From NCBI GenBank assembly GCA_964504365.1, contig CAZDDW010000001.1, positions 68,293 to 132,292 of the forward strand: a DNA stretch of 64,000 nucleotides, given 5' to 3'. The DNA is from an uncultured Gammaproteobacteria bacterium. Lineage in GTDB: Bacteria; Patescibacteriota; Patescibacteriia; UBA9934; CAZDDW01. Below, one piece after another: positions 38,565-48,033 of the stretch. The notes beneath the pieces are model-generated. The model did not search any database and had not been told where the DNA came from. It saw only the letters and a program-made list of their open reading frames with translations. Each line of letters begins with the position of its first letter. Within the stretch, counting starts at the first letter, position 1. The translations under genes and the position numbers were made by a program.

Positions 38565-39245
38565 ATGCAATCAAAAAAATTAGCTAAAGCCAAACCAGGA
38601 CCAGCCACGCAGCGCTATCTTGATATTGCTGAGATCCGTGAGGATGTGGTCGTTCTTAAGGATGGGACCATGCGAGCTGTGATTATGGTTTCAAGTCTCA
38701 ACTTTGCCCTAAAGTCGGAAGATGAACAAACGGCCCTTATTCAATCTTACATGTCTTTTCTCAACGGTCTTGAGTTTCCGCTTCAGATAGTTATTCAGTC
38801 ACGTCGGATGAATATTGATTCTTATATAACTTCTTTAAAAACACAGGGTAAGAAAACAGAGAATGATGCTTTGCGAGCTCAGATTGGTGATTATTTAAGC
38901 TTTATTCAGGAGCTGGTTACTTTGGGCGAGATTATGCAAAAACGGTTCTATGTAGTTGTTCCTTATGACCCTAAGAGAAATAAGGCCAAGAGTTTTTGGC
39001 AACGTTTGGCCTCCGCTGTTTCACCAATTGCCAGATTGAAGTTAAAAGGTAAAGAGTTTGACGAGCGAAAAGATGAGTTGGTTAGTCGAGCTCAGCTGAT
39101 ACTTGGTCAGCTGAACAGCATGGGTCTACAAGCGGTTCCTTTGGATACTCAAGGTTTGATTGAATTGTACTATACTGTATACAACCCTGATATTTTTGAC
39201 ACAGAAAAGTTAGAGGATATAAGTAAGATAAGAGTTGACGAGTAA
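38565..39245 (+). CDS. VirB4/TraE-like ATPase, N-terminal domain, encoded as a separate ORF
   Basis: YLDIAEIREDVVVLKDGTMRAVIMVSSLNFALKSEDEQTALIQSYMSFLNGLEFPLQIVIQSRRMNIDSY matches the conserved VirB4 N-terminal domain. The ORF ends at a TAA 1 nt before the next ATG. Confidence 0.6.
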   Translation: MQSKKLAKAKPGPATQRYLDIAEIREDVVVLKDGTMRAVIMVSSLNFALKSEDEQTALIQSYMSFLNGLEFPLQIVIQSRRMNIDSYITSLKTQGKKTENDALRAQIGDYLSFIQELVTLGEIMQKRFYVVVPYDPKRNKAKSFWQRLASAVSPIARLKLKGKEFDERKDELVSRAQLILGQLNSMGLQAVPLDTQGLIELYYTVYNPDIFDTEKLEDISKIRVDE

Positions 39246-39246
39246 T

Positions 39247-41193
39247 ATGGCTATTGAAGTTGGAAAATTATCAAAAGCAACTCCGGCACCACCGGAAAAG
39301 CCAAAAGCTGTTAAACCGGAAAAGGCCAAGGTGGAGGCAGAGCGTGTTGCTCTTTCAGAAGAGCGTGAATATGTTAAAGGTGTGGTTTCTGTTCGCGACC
39401 TGATTGCCCCGGCTTCTTTTCAGGTTTTTCCAAAACATTTGCAGCTTGGTAGTAAGTTGGCCCGAACCTTCTTTATTATCGCTTATCCGCGTTATATTGG
39501 TGTTGGTTGGAGCTCGCCGGTCATTAATTTGAACTATACAATGGATGTGTCCATGTTCTTTTATCCTGTAAAAAGTGCTGTTATTTTGAAACAGATGCGT
39601 AAGAAAGTTGGAGTGCTTGAATCACAGATTGTGGCTGATTCAGAAAAGGGTAAGCCACGTGATCCAATTCGTGAAACAGCGTTACGTGATATTGAAAAGT
39701 TGCGTGATGATTTAACTCAAGGCGTAGAACATTTTTTCCAGTTTGCTTTTTACGTTACTATTTATGCTGATAACGAAGACGAGTTAGATAAAAGGAGTGA
39801 AGAGATTGAATCGATTTTTGGTTCGAAATTGATTTATTCACGCAAAGGTTTGTATCAGGCCGAGCAAGGCTTTAATTCGACCATGCCACTTGGTAATGAC
39901 GAGCTGATGATCACCTTTAACATGAATACTTCTCCGATTGCTTCCAGTTTTCCATTTATTTCTTCTGACCTGACTTCTGATGACGGCATCTTGTACGGCA
40001 TTAATCGACATAACAACAGCTTGATTTTGTTTGATCGTTTCAGTTTGCAAAATGCAAACTATGTTGTTTTTGCGACATCAGGCGCTGGAAAAAGCTACAC
40101 GATTAAATTAGAAATTATCAGGAGCATGATGCTAGGAACAGATATAATAGTTATTGATCCGGAAATGGAATACAAACGTTTATCAGATGCGGTCGGTGGA
40201 ACTTATATCAATATTTCACTCGCCTCAGAATCAAAAGTCAATCCGTTTGATTTGCCACGGCCAACTGGAGCAGCGGTGAAGGTTGATGATATTATTCGTT
40301 CCGCTGTGATTGTTCTTAAGGGTCTGCTACGGATCATGATCGGCCGTCCTGTCGGTGAAAAAGGTTCACTTGGTTTTACTCCAGAAGAAGATTCGTTACT
40401 TGATCGAGCATTGATTGAAACATATGCAAAGAAAGATATCACTCCAGCCACAGTTGATCTGACAGATATTGATCCACCAACCATGCAAGATTTACAAGAT
40501 ATTCTAGAGGGCATGGAAGGGACAGAAAATTTGGTTGCTCGTTTAAAGAAATATACTGAAGGAACATTTTCCGGTTTACTAAATTCACCAACGACTGTTG
40601 AGATGAATAATCAGTTAGTAGTTTTCTCTGTTCGTGATCTTGAAGATGAGCTGCGTCCTATTGCTCTGTACACGATCGTTAATTACATTTGGAACGTGGT
40701 TCGTTCAGAAAGCAAGAAACGAGTTCTGGCTATTGATGAGGCCTGGTGGTTAATGCAGCACGAAGATTCGGCTAAATTTATCTTTGCTTTAGTCAAGCGT
40801 GCTCGAAAGTACTATCTTGGAGTGACAACGATTACTCAGGACGTGAATGACTTCTTGCGCTCACCTTATGGTCAGGCGATCGTTACCAACTCGGCTATTC
40901 AGTTGTTAATGAAACAGTCACCAACCGCAGCTGATTTAGTGCAAAAGACTTTTGCTTTAACAGATTCTGAAAAATATTTATTAATGGAATCTGGGATTGG
41001 TGAAGGAATTTTCTTTGCTGGCAACAAGCACGCTGCAATTAAAGTGGTCGCTTCCTATACTGAGGACCAAATAATTACCACTGATCCAAAGCAACTCTTA
41101 GAGATCGAGCGACAGAAGAAAGAGTTTGCTGAGCAAATGAAAGCAGAAGCAGGAGAAGATGAAACAACAGAAGAAGTAAAAGAACAGAAATAA
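39247..41193 (+). CDS. VirB4/TraE-like T4SS ATPase (C-terminal ATPase domain)
   Basis: Walker A (FATSGAGKSYTIK), Walker B (VLAIDEAWWLM), and a CagE/TrbE-type C-terminal region. Confidence 0.8.
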   Translation: MAIEVGKLSKATPAPPEKPKAVKPEKAKVEAERVALSEEREYVKGVVSVRDLIAPASFQVFPKHLQLGSKLARTFFIIAYPRYIGVGWSSPVINLNYTMDVSMFFYPVKSAVILKQMRKKVGVLESQIVADSEKGKPRDPIRETALRDIEKLRDDLTQGVEHFFQFAFYVTIYADNEDELDKRSEEIESIFGSKLIYSRKGLYQAEQGFNSTMPLGNDELMITFNMNTSPIASSFPFISSDLTSDDGILYGINRHNNSLILFDRFSLQNANYVVFATSGAGKSYTIKLEIIRSMMLGTDIIVIDPEMEYKRLSDAVGGTYINISLASESKVNPFDLPRPTGAAVKVDDIIRSAVIVLKGLLRIMIGRPVGEKGSLGFTPEEDSLLDRALIETYAKKDITPATVDLTDIDPPTMQDLQDILEGMEGTENLVARLKKYTEGTFSGLLNSPTTVEMNNQLVVFSVRDLEDELRPIALYTIVNYIWNVVRSESKKRVLAIDEAWWLMQHEDSAKFIFALVKRARKYYLGVTTITQDVNDFLRSPYGQAIVTNSAIQLLMKQSPTAADLVQKTFALTDSEKYLLMESGIGEGIFFAGNKHAAIKVVASYTEDQIITTDPKQLLEIERQKKEFAEQMKAEAGEDETTEEVKEQK

Positions 41194-41194
41194 T

Positions 41195-41761
41195 ATGAGC
41201 AGACGAAATAAAATTATAATTGTTGTAGTTGCAGTACTGTTAATTCTGTTGGCTTTGTGGTTGCTTTGGTCAAGGTTTTTTAGAGTTGCACCTGAGACAA
41301 TAATAGTAATTCCTGAAGATGAGTTGGTGGCCGATATCGAGGAAACAGGTCCGGTTGAAATGATTGACGCTGAAGAATCATCTCGAGCACCGGTTGAAGT
41401 GTCTGTTGATTCCTTGGCAAGGACATTTGCTGAGCGTTATGCCAGCTATTCAAACGAGAGCGACTTTGCTAATTTGCACGACCTAGAACCACTGATGACT
41501 GAGTCAATGTGGGCTGAAACAGAAGTTTTAATTGATTCATTGGAGGTAGAAGATATATATCATGGTGTTACCTCGCGTGCGATTACGATCACTGTTCCTG
41601 CAATGGATGACAATGATTTAATGGTATCAGTTGAGGTGGTGATGCAGCGTGAAGATGCGCTAGGCAGTCCGCAGAATATTGAGATTAAGTATGAGACCTT
41701 GGTTTTGGATATGGTTAAGGAGTCTGGTACATGGAAGGTTGATGGAGCAACATGGCAATAG
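41195..41761 (+). CDS. membrane-anchored protein (N-terminal TM + periplasmic domain; VirB8-like position)
   Basis: 188 aa with N-terminal TM (IIIVVVAVLLILLALWLLW). Assigned by context only. Confidence 0.35.
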   Translation: MSRRNKIIIVVVAVLLILLALWLLWSRFFRVAPETIIVIPEDELVADIEETGPVEMIDAEESSRAPVEVSVDSLARTFAERYASYSNESDFANLHDLEPLMTESMWAETEVLIDSLEVEDIYHGVTSRAITITVPAMDDNDLMVSVEVVMQREDALGSPQNIEIKYETLVLDMVKESGTWKVDGATWQ

Positions 41762-42462
41762 ATTTTAGTAAAATTAGAAATACTTGGAGGACCGCATTAA
41801 ACGCGGTCTTTCCTGTTTTTTGTACTCGTTGTGGGCTAGAAGGAGAGTTGTTGTGTGTTGATTGCCGTGGGGCGACCCGGATCGAGACCTTGGCACACAA
41901 ATGTCCGTTTTGTGATCGGGAAACTGCTTCTGGGGCAACTTGTCGGCGTTGTGCACGATCGAGCCAGCTTGATGGTTGCATTGCCTTGTCCCACTATGCT
42001 GAACCTGCGGTTAAAGGCGTGGTCAAGTCTTGGAAGTATGATAGTAATAAAAAAAGCGAGGCCATCATCCAGACCTGGCTTCGTCGATCGAATATCGCTA
42101 ATATGTTACAGGATTTGCCTTGGACTTTAGTGCCGATCAGTTTGCATCCAGCACGAGATCGTGAACGTGGATTTGATCAAGCAGTGATTTTGTCGCATCT
42201 TATCGCAGGTGAACTATCGCTACCGGTTGCCTCTGCTCTACGTCGCAGAAAACGAACCACGCCACAAGCTAGCCTTGGAGACCGCCGCCGCAGAGTCGGA
42301 GAAATGCGTGGATCGTTTGTACTCGCTGCAGACCCACCATCGCACGTGCTTCTGGTCGATGATGTGCTTACCTCTGGAACTACTCTCGACGCTGCAGCAC
42401 ACACTTTAAAACAATCTGGCTCCGAATTAGTCTGGGGCCTGGTCCTAGCACGGGGGAAATAA
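41752..42462 (+). CDS. comFC: competence protein ComF (ComFC-type phosphoribosyltransferase with double zinc ribbon)
   Basis: N-terminal CTRCG...CVDC...CPFC...CRRC zinc ribbons. C-terminal PRTase motif LLVDDVLTSGTTL. Confidence 0.8.
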   Translation: MAIDFSKIRNTWRTALNAVFPVFCTRCGLEGELLCVDCRGATRIETLAHKCPFCDRETASGATCRRCARSSQLDGCIALSHYAEPAVKGVVKSWKYDSNKKSEAIIQTWLRRSNIANMLQDLPWTLVPISLHPARDRERGFDQAVILSHLIAGELSLPVASALRRRKRTTPQASLGDRRRRVGEMRGSFVLAADPPSHVLLVDDVLTSGTTLDAAAHTLKQSGSELVWGLVLARGK

Positions 42463-42463
42463 A

Positions 42464-42488
42464 GAACGCGGCCAGTTGGTCGCGTTTT
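42464..42488. terminator. bidirectional terminator between convergent genes
   Basis: ACGCGGCC-AGTT-GGTCGCGT followed by TTTT. Confidence 0.55.
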
Positions 42489-43284
42489 AGAATCCATCTG
42501 CCCGAGCTAATTCGTAGAGCTTAGCCAGGCCCATGAGTAGAGTCAGTAGATGAATGGAAGAGTCAGTATTGTCAGGAACCAGGTGGTAGCCTTCATCTGT
42601 GTCTTCATCGCTGAAAGACTTGGTACCAATTCCAGCCGAATTACCAATAGTATCCAGGAAGATCCACTTTGGTGGCCTGGTCCAACAGCGACACTCGCTG
42701 ATCGAGCTGTCTCCCAGATCTGTCCAGATGTGACGCACGCTGGATTTGATTACCTCTGTAATCTGATCGGTTCTGCTCTGGTCTTCTTGCTGAGCAATCC
42801 AGGCAACCAATTGTTTGGAGACCATGGCAGAGATGGCTTTGGCCCCGATCTCATCGCTGTACACAGCCATGTGGTCAATCACCAAAAGCTGTGATTTGTC
42901 ATTGTCGATTTCCCCATCAAATCCATACAGCGCCAGAAAGAGAGTCCAGAGAGACCCAGTCAAAGCCCGCATGGCTTTCCAAGCATCAGGATCAGGTTTG
43001 CTGGCTTGGGGTAAGGTGCACTGCCAACAGATCCAGTCGTCTTCTGAGTCAACGACCGAGATAATTGGCCCGAACCCCCATCGCTGCTCGGTTGAATCAA
43101 TGAATGCTGGTAACTCTGGTCTAGATTCGAGCAGGTCTGTTACTTCAAGGAAATCAGCTTTTACATACTGCCGGACAAAAGCAGCAGCTAGTGGATGAAC
43201 GCGAATGGTCAGAGTTGGGCCGTCAGCTGATAGTTCATACCAGGCCGGGACATTGCTGTCCAAGATTTCAAAAGGCCGCATCAT
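42487..43284 (-). CDS. hypothetical protein
   Basis: About 265 aa from MMRPFEIL. No recognisable motif. Confidence 0.4.
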   Translation of the reverse strand: MMRPFEILDSNVPAWYELSADGPTLTIRVHPLAAAFVRQYVKADFLEVTDLLESRPELPAFIDSTEQRWGFGPIISVVDSEDDWICWQCTLPQASKPDPDAWKAMRALTGSLWTLFLALYGFDGEIDNDKSQLLVIDHMAVYSDEIGAKAISAMVSKQLVAWIAQQEDQSRTDQITEVIKSSVRHIWTDLGDSSISECRCWTRPPKWIFLDTIGNSAGIGTKSFSDEDTDEGYHLVPDNTDSSIHLLTLLMGLAKLYELARADGF

Positions 43285-43352
43285 TCCTCCGTGAACTGAC
43301 CTTAACAAAAAAACCAACCCTGAGCAAGGTTGGTTTTGTTTGTTCGATTGTA

Positions 43353-43826
43353 TTACGGTCGGTAAATTATCTTGTCGATATAGTTCTGAGCGATCTTGGT
43401 GCTAGGGAAGAACATCTTCTCTGGCAAGGCTTCAAGGTCAAACCATTGCCACTCAGTGATTTCGTCTGGTTCCATAACCTTTACTTCGCCTTCGAACTCA
43501 GTACATAGGAATCCGATAGTAACAAACTGAGCATCTGGAACTTGATCATTGGCCAAGCTAATGAATTCAAGCGAATCTTCATTGATTGTTAGATCTGTTT
43601 CTTCTAGCACTTCACGTGCTGCAGCTCTTTCAAACGATTCACCAAACTCGATCTTGCCCCCAGGCATGGTCCAGGTGCCTTCACCATGTAATTCTGAATC
43701 AGCTTTTTCAGGATCCTCATGTCGACGACCAAGCAGGACCTGCCCGTCTTTGAACATCATCACCCCAAAGCCAACCCCTACTTTATATTGTCCACTCATA
43801 GTTTTTTCAATTAATACTATAAACAA
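43353..43826 (-). CDS. NUDIX hydrolase (MutT-like)
   Basis: Nudix box GGKIEFGESFERAAAREVLEETDL. Confidence 0.8.
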   Translation of the reverse strand: MFIVLIEKTMSGQYKVGVGFGVMMFKDGQVLLGRRHEDPEKADSELHGEGTWTMPGGKIEFGESFERAAAREVLEETDLTINEDSLEFISLANDQVPDAQFVTIGFLCTEFEGEVKVMEPDEITEWQWFDLEALPEKMFFPSTKIAQNYIDKIIYRP

Positions 43827-43903
43827 AATACCACGCTTTCACGTGACATTTCAAATCCTTCTGGCCCTGCCGGCCGAAGCTCTTCTGCTTCGAATGCGAA
43901 GGC

Positions 43904-43980
43904 TGGTGCACCCGGCACGGCTCGAACGTGCGACCTTCGGCTCCGCAAGCCGACGCTCTATCCAACTGAGCTACGGGTGC
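43904..43980 (-). tRNA. tRNA-Arg (anticodon read as GCG)
   Basis: Reverse complement GCACCCGTAGCTCAGTTGGATAGAGCGTCGGCTTGCGGAGCCGAAGGTCGCACGTTCGAGCCGTGCCGGGTGCACCA folds as a cloverleaf with encoded CCA. Closely resembles bacterial tRNA-Arg(ACG). Confidence 0.8.
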
Positions 43981-43998
43981 ATAATTTGTACCTTCTGG

Positions 43999-44508
43999 TT
44001 ACAATTTATACATCCTAGTGAGCATGTCTGTCAAGGTCTCGTCGTTTCGTTTCAAATCTTCGGTCACATATGGCAATAAAGCCTCACGCACCACATTTGG
44101 GTCTGTTTCTTCAAGCGACACAGACATAAACGGTCGCCAACCACTGTGAAAATCAATATATAAAGTCTTAACCTCAGGCGGCTCATAGACAATGGAAAAA
44201 TTTCGCAGGTCTTTGAACGGATAAAAAGTCGGACCAATAAGAGCGCCCATATTAGTGATAACAACTTCAATCCGTTGAGGTTCACGCATTCCAGAAAGAA
44301 AGCTGATTATGCCAAACATGAGAATAATTACCGCAAATAAGAAGTTTGCTGTCATCAATGCATAGATAATTAAACCAACACCGATTATCGTAATCGCGAT
44401 ATACCAAAATACAGATCGCTGGTGGCGGGTGTATTCATCAACCTCCCAGCCAATGATAGTTTGGCCATATGGGTTTATTTCTTGTGTAATAGGCTCGTTC
44501 TCTGGCAT
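43999..44508 (-). CDS. membrane protein (2 TM, bPH/YdbS-like topology)
   Basis: 169 aa from MPENEPI. The longer ORF in the track runs over the tRNA genes and is rejected upstream of this Met. Confidence 0.45.
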   Translation of the reverse strand: MPENEPITQEINPYGQTIIGWEVDEYTRHQRSVFWYIAITIIGVGLIIYALMTANFLFAVIILMFGIISFLSGMREPQRIEVVITNMGALIGPTFYPFKDLRNFSIVYEPPEVKTLYIDFHSGWRPFMSVSLEETDPNVVREALLPYVTEDLKRNDETLTDMLTRMYKL

Positions 44509-44577
44509 ACTAGGTATATTATACTTGATTTTTTTGTTTATATCTAGTATTATATCCGCACTCAACCCGCTGATTGT

Positions 44578-44667
44578 GGAGAGGTGCCTGAGTGGTTGAA
44601 AGGGGCACCCTGCTAAGGTGTTAGCTGCGTAAGTGGCTCGAGGGTTCGAATCCCTCCCTCTCCGCCA
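44578..44667 (+). tRNA. tRNA-Ser (anticodon GCU)
   Basis: GGAGAGG...long variable arm...GGTTCGAATCC...CCTCTCCGCCA. Anticodon loop CTGCTAA. Confidence 0.85.
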
Positions 44668-44694
44668 TGAGCGGGCTGAGTGACAATTTAATAC

Positions 44695-44782
<88 letters not shown>

Positions 44783-44912
44783 CGTAAAAACACCAGCTGG
44801 TCTGGTGTTTTTACGTGCCCCGTGATTGATGACGAAGTCATCGATTTTACGGGGCTTAGTGGTTGGATCCGCTGGTGTTCACGTGGCAAGCCTTTTGATA
44901 TACTAAGATTAT

Positions 44913-45170
44913 ATGTTTTATGTTTATGTGCTTGAAAGTGGACTAACTAAAGAATGGTATATTGGTTTTTCAAGAGATCTGCGAGCTAGAATAAAAAGAC
45001 ACAATCAACAAGGGAACAGATCTACAGCATATAAAGGGCCTTGGAAATTGATATATTACGAGGCTTATCAGAATCAAGGTGATGCATTGGGTCGAGAGAG
45101 GTTTTTGAAAAGTGGCTCAGGAAGGAGATTCTTGAAAAAACAGATGAGGCATTATTTGAAGTTGGTATAA
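44913..45170 (+). CDS. GIY-YIG nuclease family small protein
   Basis: 85 aa. FYVYVLESGLTKEWYIGFSRDLRARIKRH is a GIY-YIG signature, found next to tRNA genes. Confidence 0.7.
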   Translation: MFYVYVLESGLTKEWYIGFSRDLRARIKRHNQQGNRSTAYKGPWKLIYYEAYQNQGDALGRERFLKSGSGRRFLKKQMRHYLKLV

Positions 45171-45448
45171 AGGATCGTCTTGTTTACCCAAGGCGATTTT
45201 TTGTTTGTGGGTTGACAGAACGGCCGATTTAATCTATCCTACCTATCACTATGAATAATAGAAATTACCACAACGGGAAAGTCTTTACGGACGGCATTTA
45301 TATGCCGGAGCTTTTTGCTTCTTTTTCATTCCCGAGTGGTAAGGCGCTGATGTTCTAAATTTAACATCAACTCCTAGTCGGCTCGGGAATATCCCGAGTT
45401 TTTTGATTTACCACGTCGTTCGCGAACGAAGTGGTTTAGGAGACAGAA

Positions 45449-46618
45449 ATGAAACCAGCGACCGTCTACTACATCTTCATTGCTCTTTTACATCTTGGCA
45501 TGGGCGTAATCGTGACTGGTTATGTGCCTTTCTTGCTCTCAATCGGAATCAGTCTTGGTCAGGTAGCCTTAACCAACGCCTTATATTGGACAGGAATAGT
45601 CTTACTTGAATTGCCAACCGGCATGTTGGCTGATGGCCGTAGTAGAGCATGGACACTTAGGGTCGGGGCCTTGGCCCTTGCTGCATCTGCGCTCATATAT
45701 GCCTGTGCTAATGGTTTGCATATGGCAATTTTGGCTGAGTTATTTGGTGCTTTGTCAATTGCTTTTCAGTCCGGTGCTCTACAGGCTTGGATTACAGATG
45801 CCTTGGATCGTAATGGGCAAGGCCAGGAAAGACGAAAGGTCTTTGCAACCGGAGCTATTGTTAGAGGCAGCTCAGCGTTAATTGGTGGTGTTCTTGGAGC
45901 AGGCCTTGCTTGTCTGCATTATCGGCTGATCTGGATACCACTGATCGTTCTGTCCCTTTTTGCTTACGTTTTTGCCAAGTATCAGATGAACGGGCAAGGT
46001 GAGCCGCTGGAGCGAGTGTCCGAGATCAAGGCCCTGAAACAAAGCCTGACGTTGCTTCGAACTAATCGTTCTGTCCGTTGGGTCATCCTTGCCTTCATCT
46101 TGTTCGGCACAATTGTCTGCTTTAACATCTACTGGTCACCCTTTTTCAAGGAATACGTGGGACAGCTCAACCTTGGTTGGGTTTGGTTGGTCATGTATTT
46201 TCCTTGTGTCTTTGGTGGTTGGATAGTTCGGCGATTAACAGTGCCGCAAGGGCAAGAAGGGGGTTACTTGGTTCTGTCTTTGATTGGCACAGGTGCGGGG
46301 ATGATGATTTTGGCTTTTGCTGGACCTTTGTATACTGCCTTAGCTGCGGTGGTGGTTCACGAGATCAGTCGAGGATTGTTTGAGCCCTTGAATGATTCGT
46401 TTGTCCAGCATCGGGTTAGTAGTTCATATCGAGCAACATTTGGTTCCTTGCAATCCTTGATCGGCCGCTTAGGGTTTGCTTTGGTGCCATTGGCGACCTG
46501 GATCTGCTTACCTGACTTTCCTGATTCAACAGCCACAATCAGATTGATTTGGTTGGTAGCCGGATCTGTCTTGGTTATCGGTACCCTGCCCCTTTGGTTA
46601 ATTCGCCCTCGAACTTAG
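45449..46618 (+). CDS. MFS transporter
   Basis: 389 aa with about 12 TM segments. MLADGRSRAW-type loop motif. Confidence 0.65.
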   Translation: MKPATVYYIFIALLHLGMGVIVTGYVPFLLSIGISLGQVALTNALYWTGIVLLELPTGMLADGRSRAWTLRVGALALAASALIYACANGLHMAILAELFGALSIAFQSGALQAWITDALDRNGQGQERRKVFATGAIVRGSSALIGGVLGAGLACLHYRLIWIPLIVLSLFAYVFAKYQMNGQGEPLERVSEIKALKQSLTLLRTNRSVRWVILAFILFGTIVCFNIYWSPFFKEYVGQLNLGWVWLVMYFPCVFGGWIVRRLTVPQGQEGGYLVLSLIGTGAGMMILAFAGPLYTALAAVVVHEISRGLFEPLNDSFVQHRVSSSYRATFGSLQSLIGRLGFALVPLATWICLPDFPDSTATIRLIWLVAGSVLVIGTLPLWLIRPRT

Positions 46619-46659
46619 CCACTTCCATACCACGCCCAGGCGTGGTATTTTATTTAGGT

Positions 46660-48033
46660 ATGGAAACATTGATTATTATCATCGCTATTCTTTTTTGTGT
46701 TTTTTTAGCTATTCGTCCGGTGCGTTGGTTGAATATGGCCACCGGACCTTTGCTGATCCTGGCTTTGCTTTTTATTTTTCAGGTTATTGATCTAGGAACG
46801 ATTTGGCAGGGAATTATTGATAATGGTCAAATGCAACCATGGAAGATTTTAGTTATTTTCTTTTCCGTTGCCTATGTCAGTATTAGTACTGACATGACCG
46901 GAATTTTTGATTATATTGCCTATCGTGTTATTCGGGCAGCCAACGGTAGTGGGTTTAGATTGTTTGTCTTCTTTTACATTTTTGCTTGTCTTTTGACTAC
47001 GGTTACATCGAATGACATAGTTATTCTAACTTTGACACCAATTATTTTTTATCTTGGACGACACGCTAAGTTGAACGTTGTTCCGTTGTTGTTTGCTGAA
47101 TTTTTTGGAGCAAATGCAGCCAGTATGCTGCTTTTTATAAGTAGTCCAACCAATATTATTATTGGGACATCTTTAGGTATTGGTTTCTCTGAGTATTTAA
47201 GCAACATGTGGTTACCAACTCTTGTGGCCATTGTGATCAACTTAGTGTTGCTGGTTGTGGTTTTTCGAAAAAAGATTACTCAGAAATATACTGTTAAAAA
47301 AAGTTCGAATTATCATGTGCGAAATTGGTTTGATGCTTTGATGAGTTCCGGGATGTTGCTTTTGATGTTGGTGTTATTGATTCTGTCCGACAAGTTTGAT
47401 CTAAGTATTTGGATTATTACTCTCACTTTTGCCGCGATCTTCATTGTCCAGGATCTTGTTTTCGGGCTGTACTATCATATTAAAGAATCACGACTTTCTC
47501 CTGCTCAGCTAAAGAAAGGCAAAGATGTTTATGGGATTCCTGAAAATAAGAATGAATTTTGGATGGCCTGGCAACGTGTCCCTTGGAAGATCTTGCCTTT
47601 TATTGCTGTAATTTTTGTTTTGGTTCAGGGGTTAAATGATTATGGGTTTATCGACATCTTGGCCACGGTTTTATCTAATGTGTCGACCACGGTTTTCTCT
47701 GGAATTTTTATTATGGGGTCTGCAGCTTTTGTTTTGGCCAACATGATCATTGATCAGCCCATGACGATTTTAATGAGCAACGTTTTGACCAGTGACAACT
47801 TCTTGGTTAGTGAATCAGTAAGAAATGCTAGTGCCTACGCGATTTTGATCGCCAGCAACCTAGCTACGAATTTGACTATTATTGGAGCCCTGGCTGGATT
47901 AATGTGGAAACAAATATTAAGAACTAAAGGAATTAAGATTAGTTATCGCGACTTTTTGATCAAAGGCCTACAGATTACACCAATCGTTTTTGTGGTAACA
48001 TGTTTGACACTATGGTTCAGCTTTCTGATTTAG
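46660..48033 (+). CDS. ArsB/NhaD-superfamily anion permease (CitMHS-like)
   Basis: Polytopic, with TSNDIVILTLTPI and SSPTNIIIG motifs. Start set to METLIII. Confidence 0.5.
   Translation: METLIIIIAILFCVFLAIRPVRWLNMATGPLLILALLFIFQVIDLGTIWQGIIDNGQMQPWKILVIFFSVAYVSISTDMTGIFDYIAYRVIRAANGSGFRLFVFFYIFACLLTTVTSNDIVILTLTPIIFYLGRHAKLNVVPLLFAEFFGANAASMLLFISSPTNIIIGTSLGIGFSEYLSNMWLPTLVAIVINLVLLVVVFRKKITQKYTVKKSSNYHVRNWFDALMSSGMLLLMLVLLILSDKFDLSIWIITLTFAAIFIVQDLVFGLYYHIKESRLSPAQLKKGKDVYGIPENKNEFWMAWQRVPWKILPFIAVIFVLVQGLNDYGFIDILATVLSNVSTTVFSGIFIMGSAAFVLANMIIDQPMTILMSNVLTSDNFLVSESVRNASAYAILIASNLATNLTIIGALAGLMWKQILRTKGIKISYRDFLIKGLQITPIVFVVTCLTLWFSFLI

Noticed and set aside
43549-44079. 176-aa plus-strand ORF overlapping the tRNA-Arg gene and Nudix 3' end
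   Set aside because: It runs through a bona fide tRNA on the opposite strand and has no coding signal. Also, the long version (to 44889) of the minus-strand ORF at 43999 overruns both tRNA-Ser genes and was trimmed to Met at 44508.
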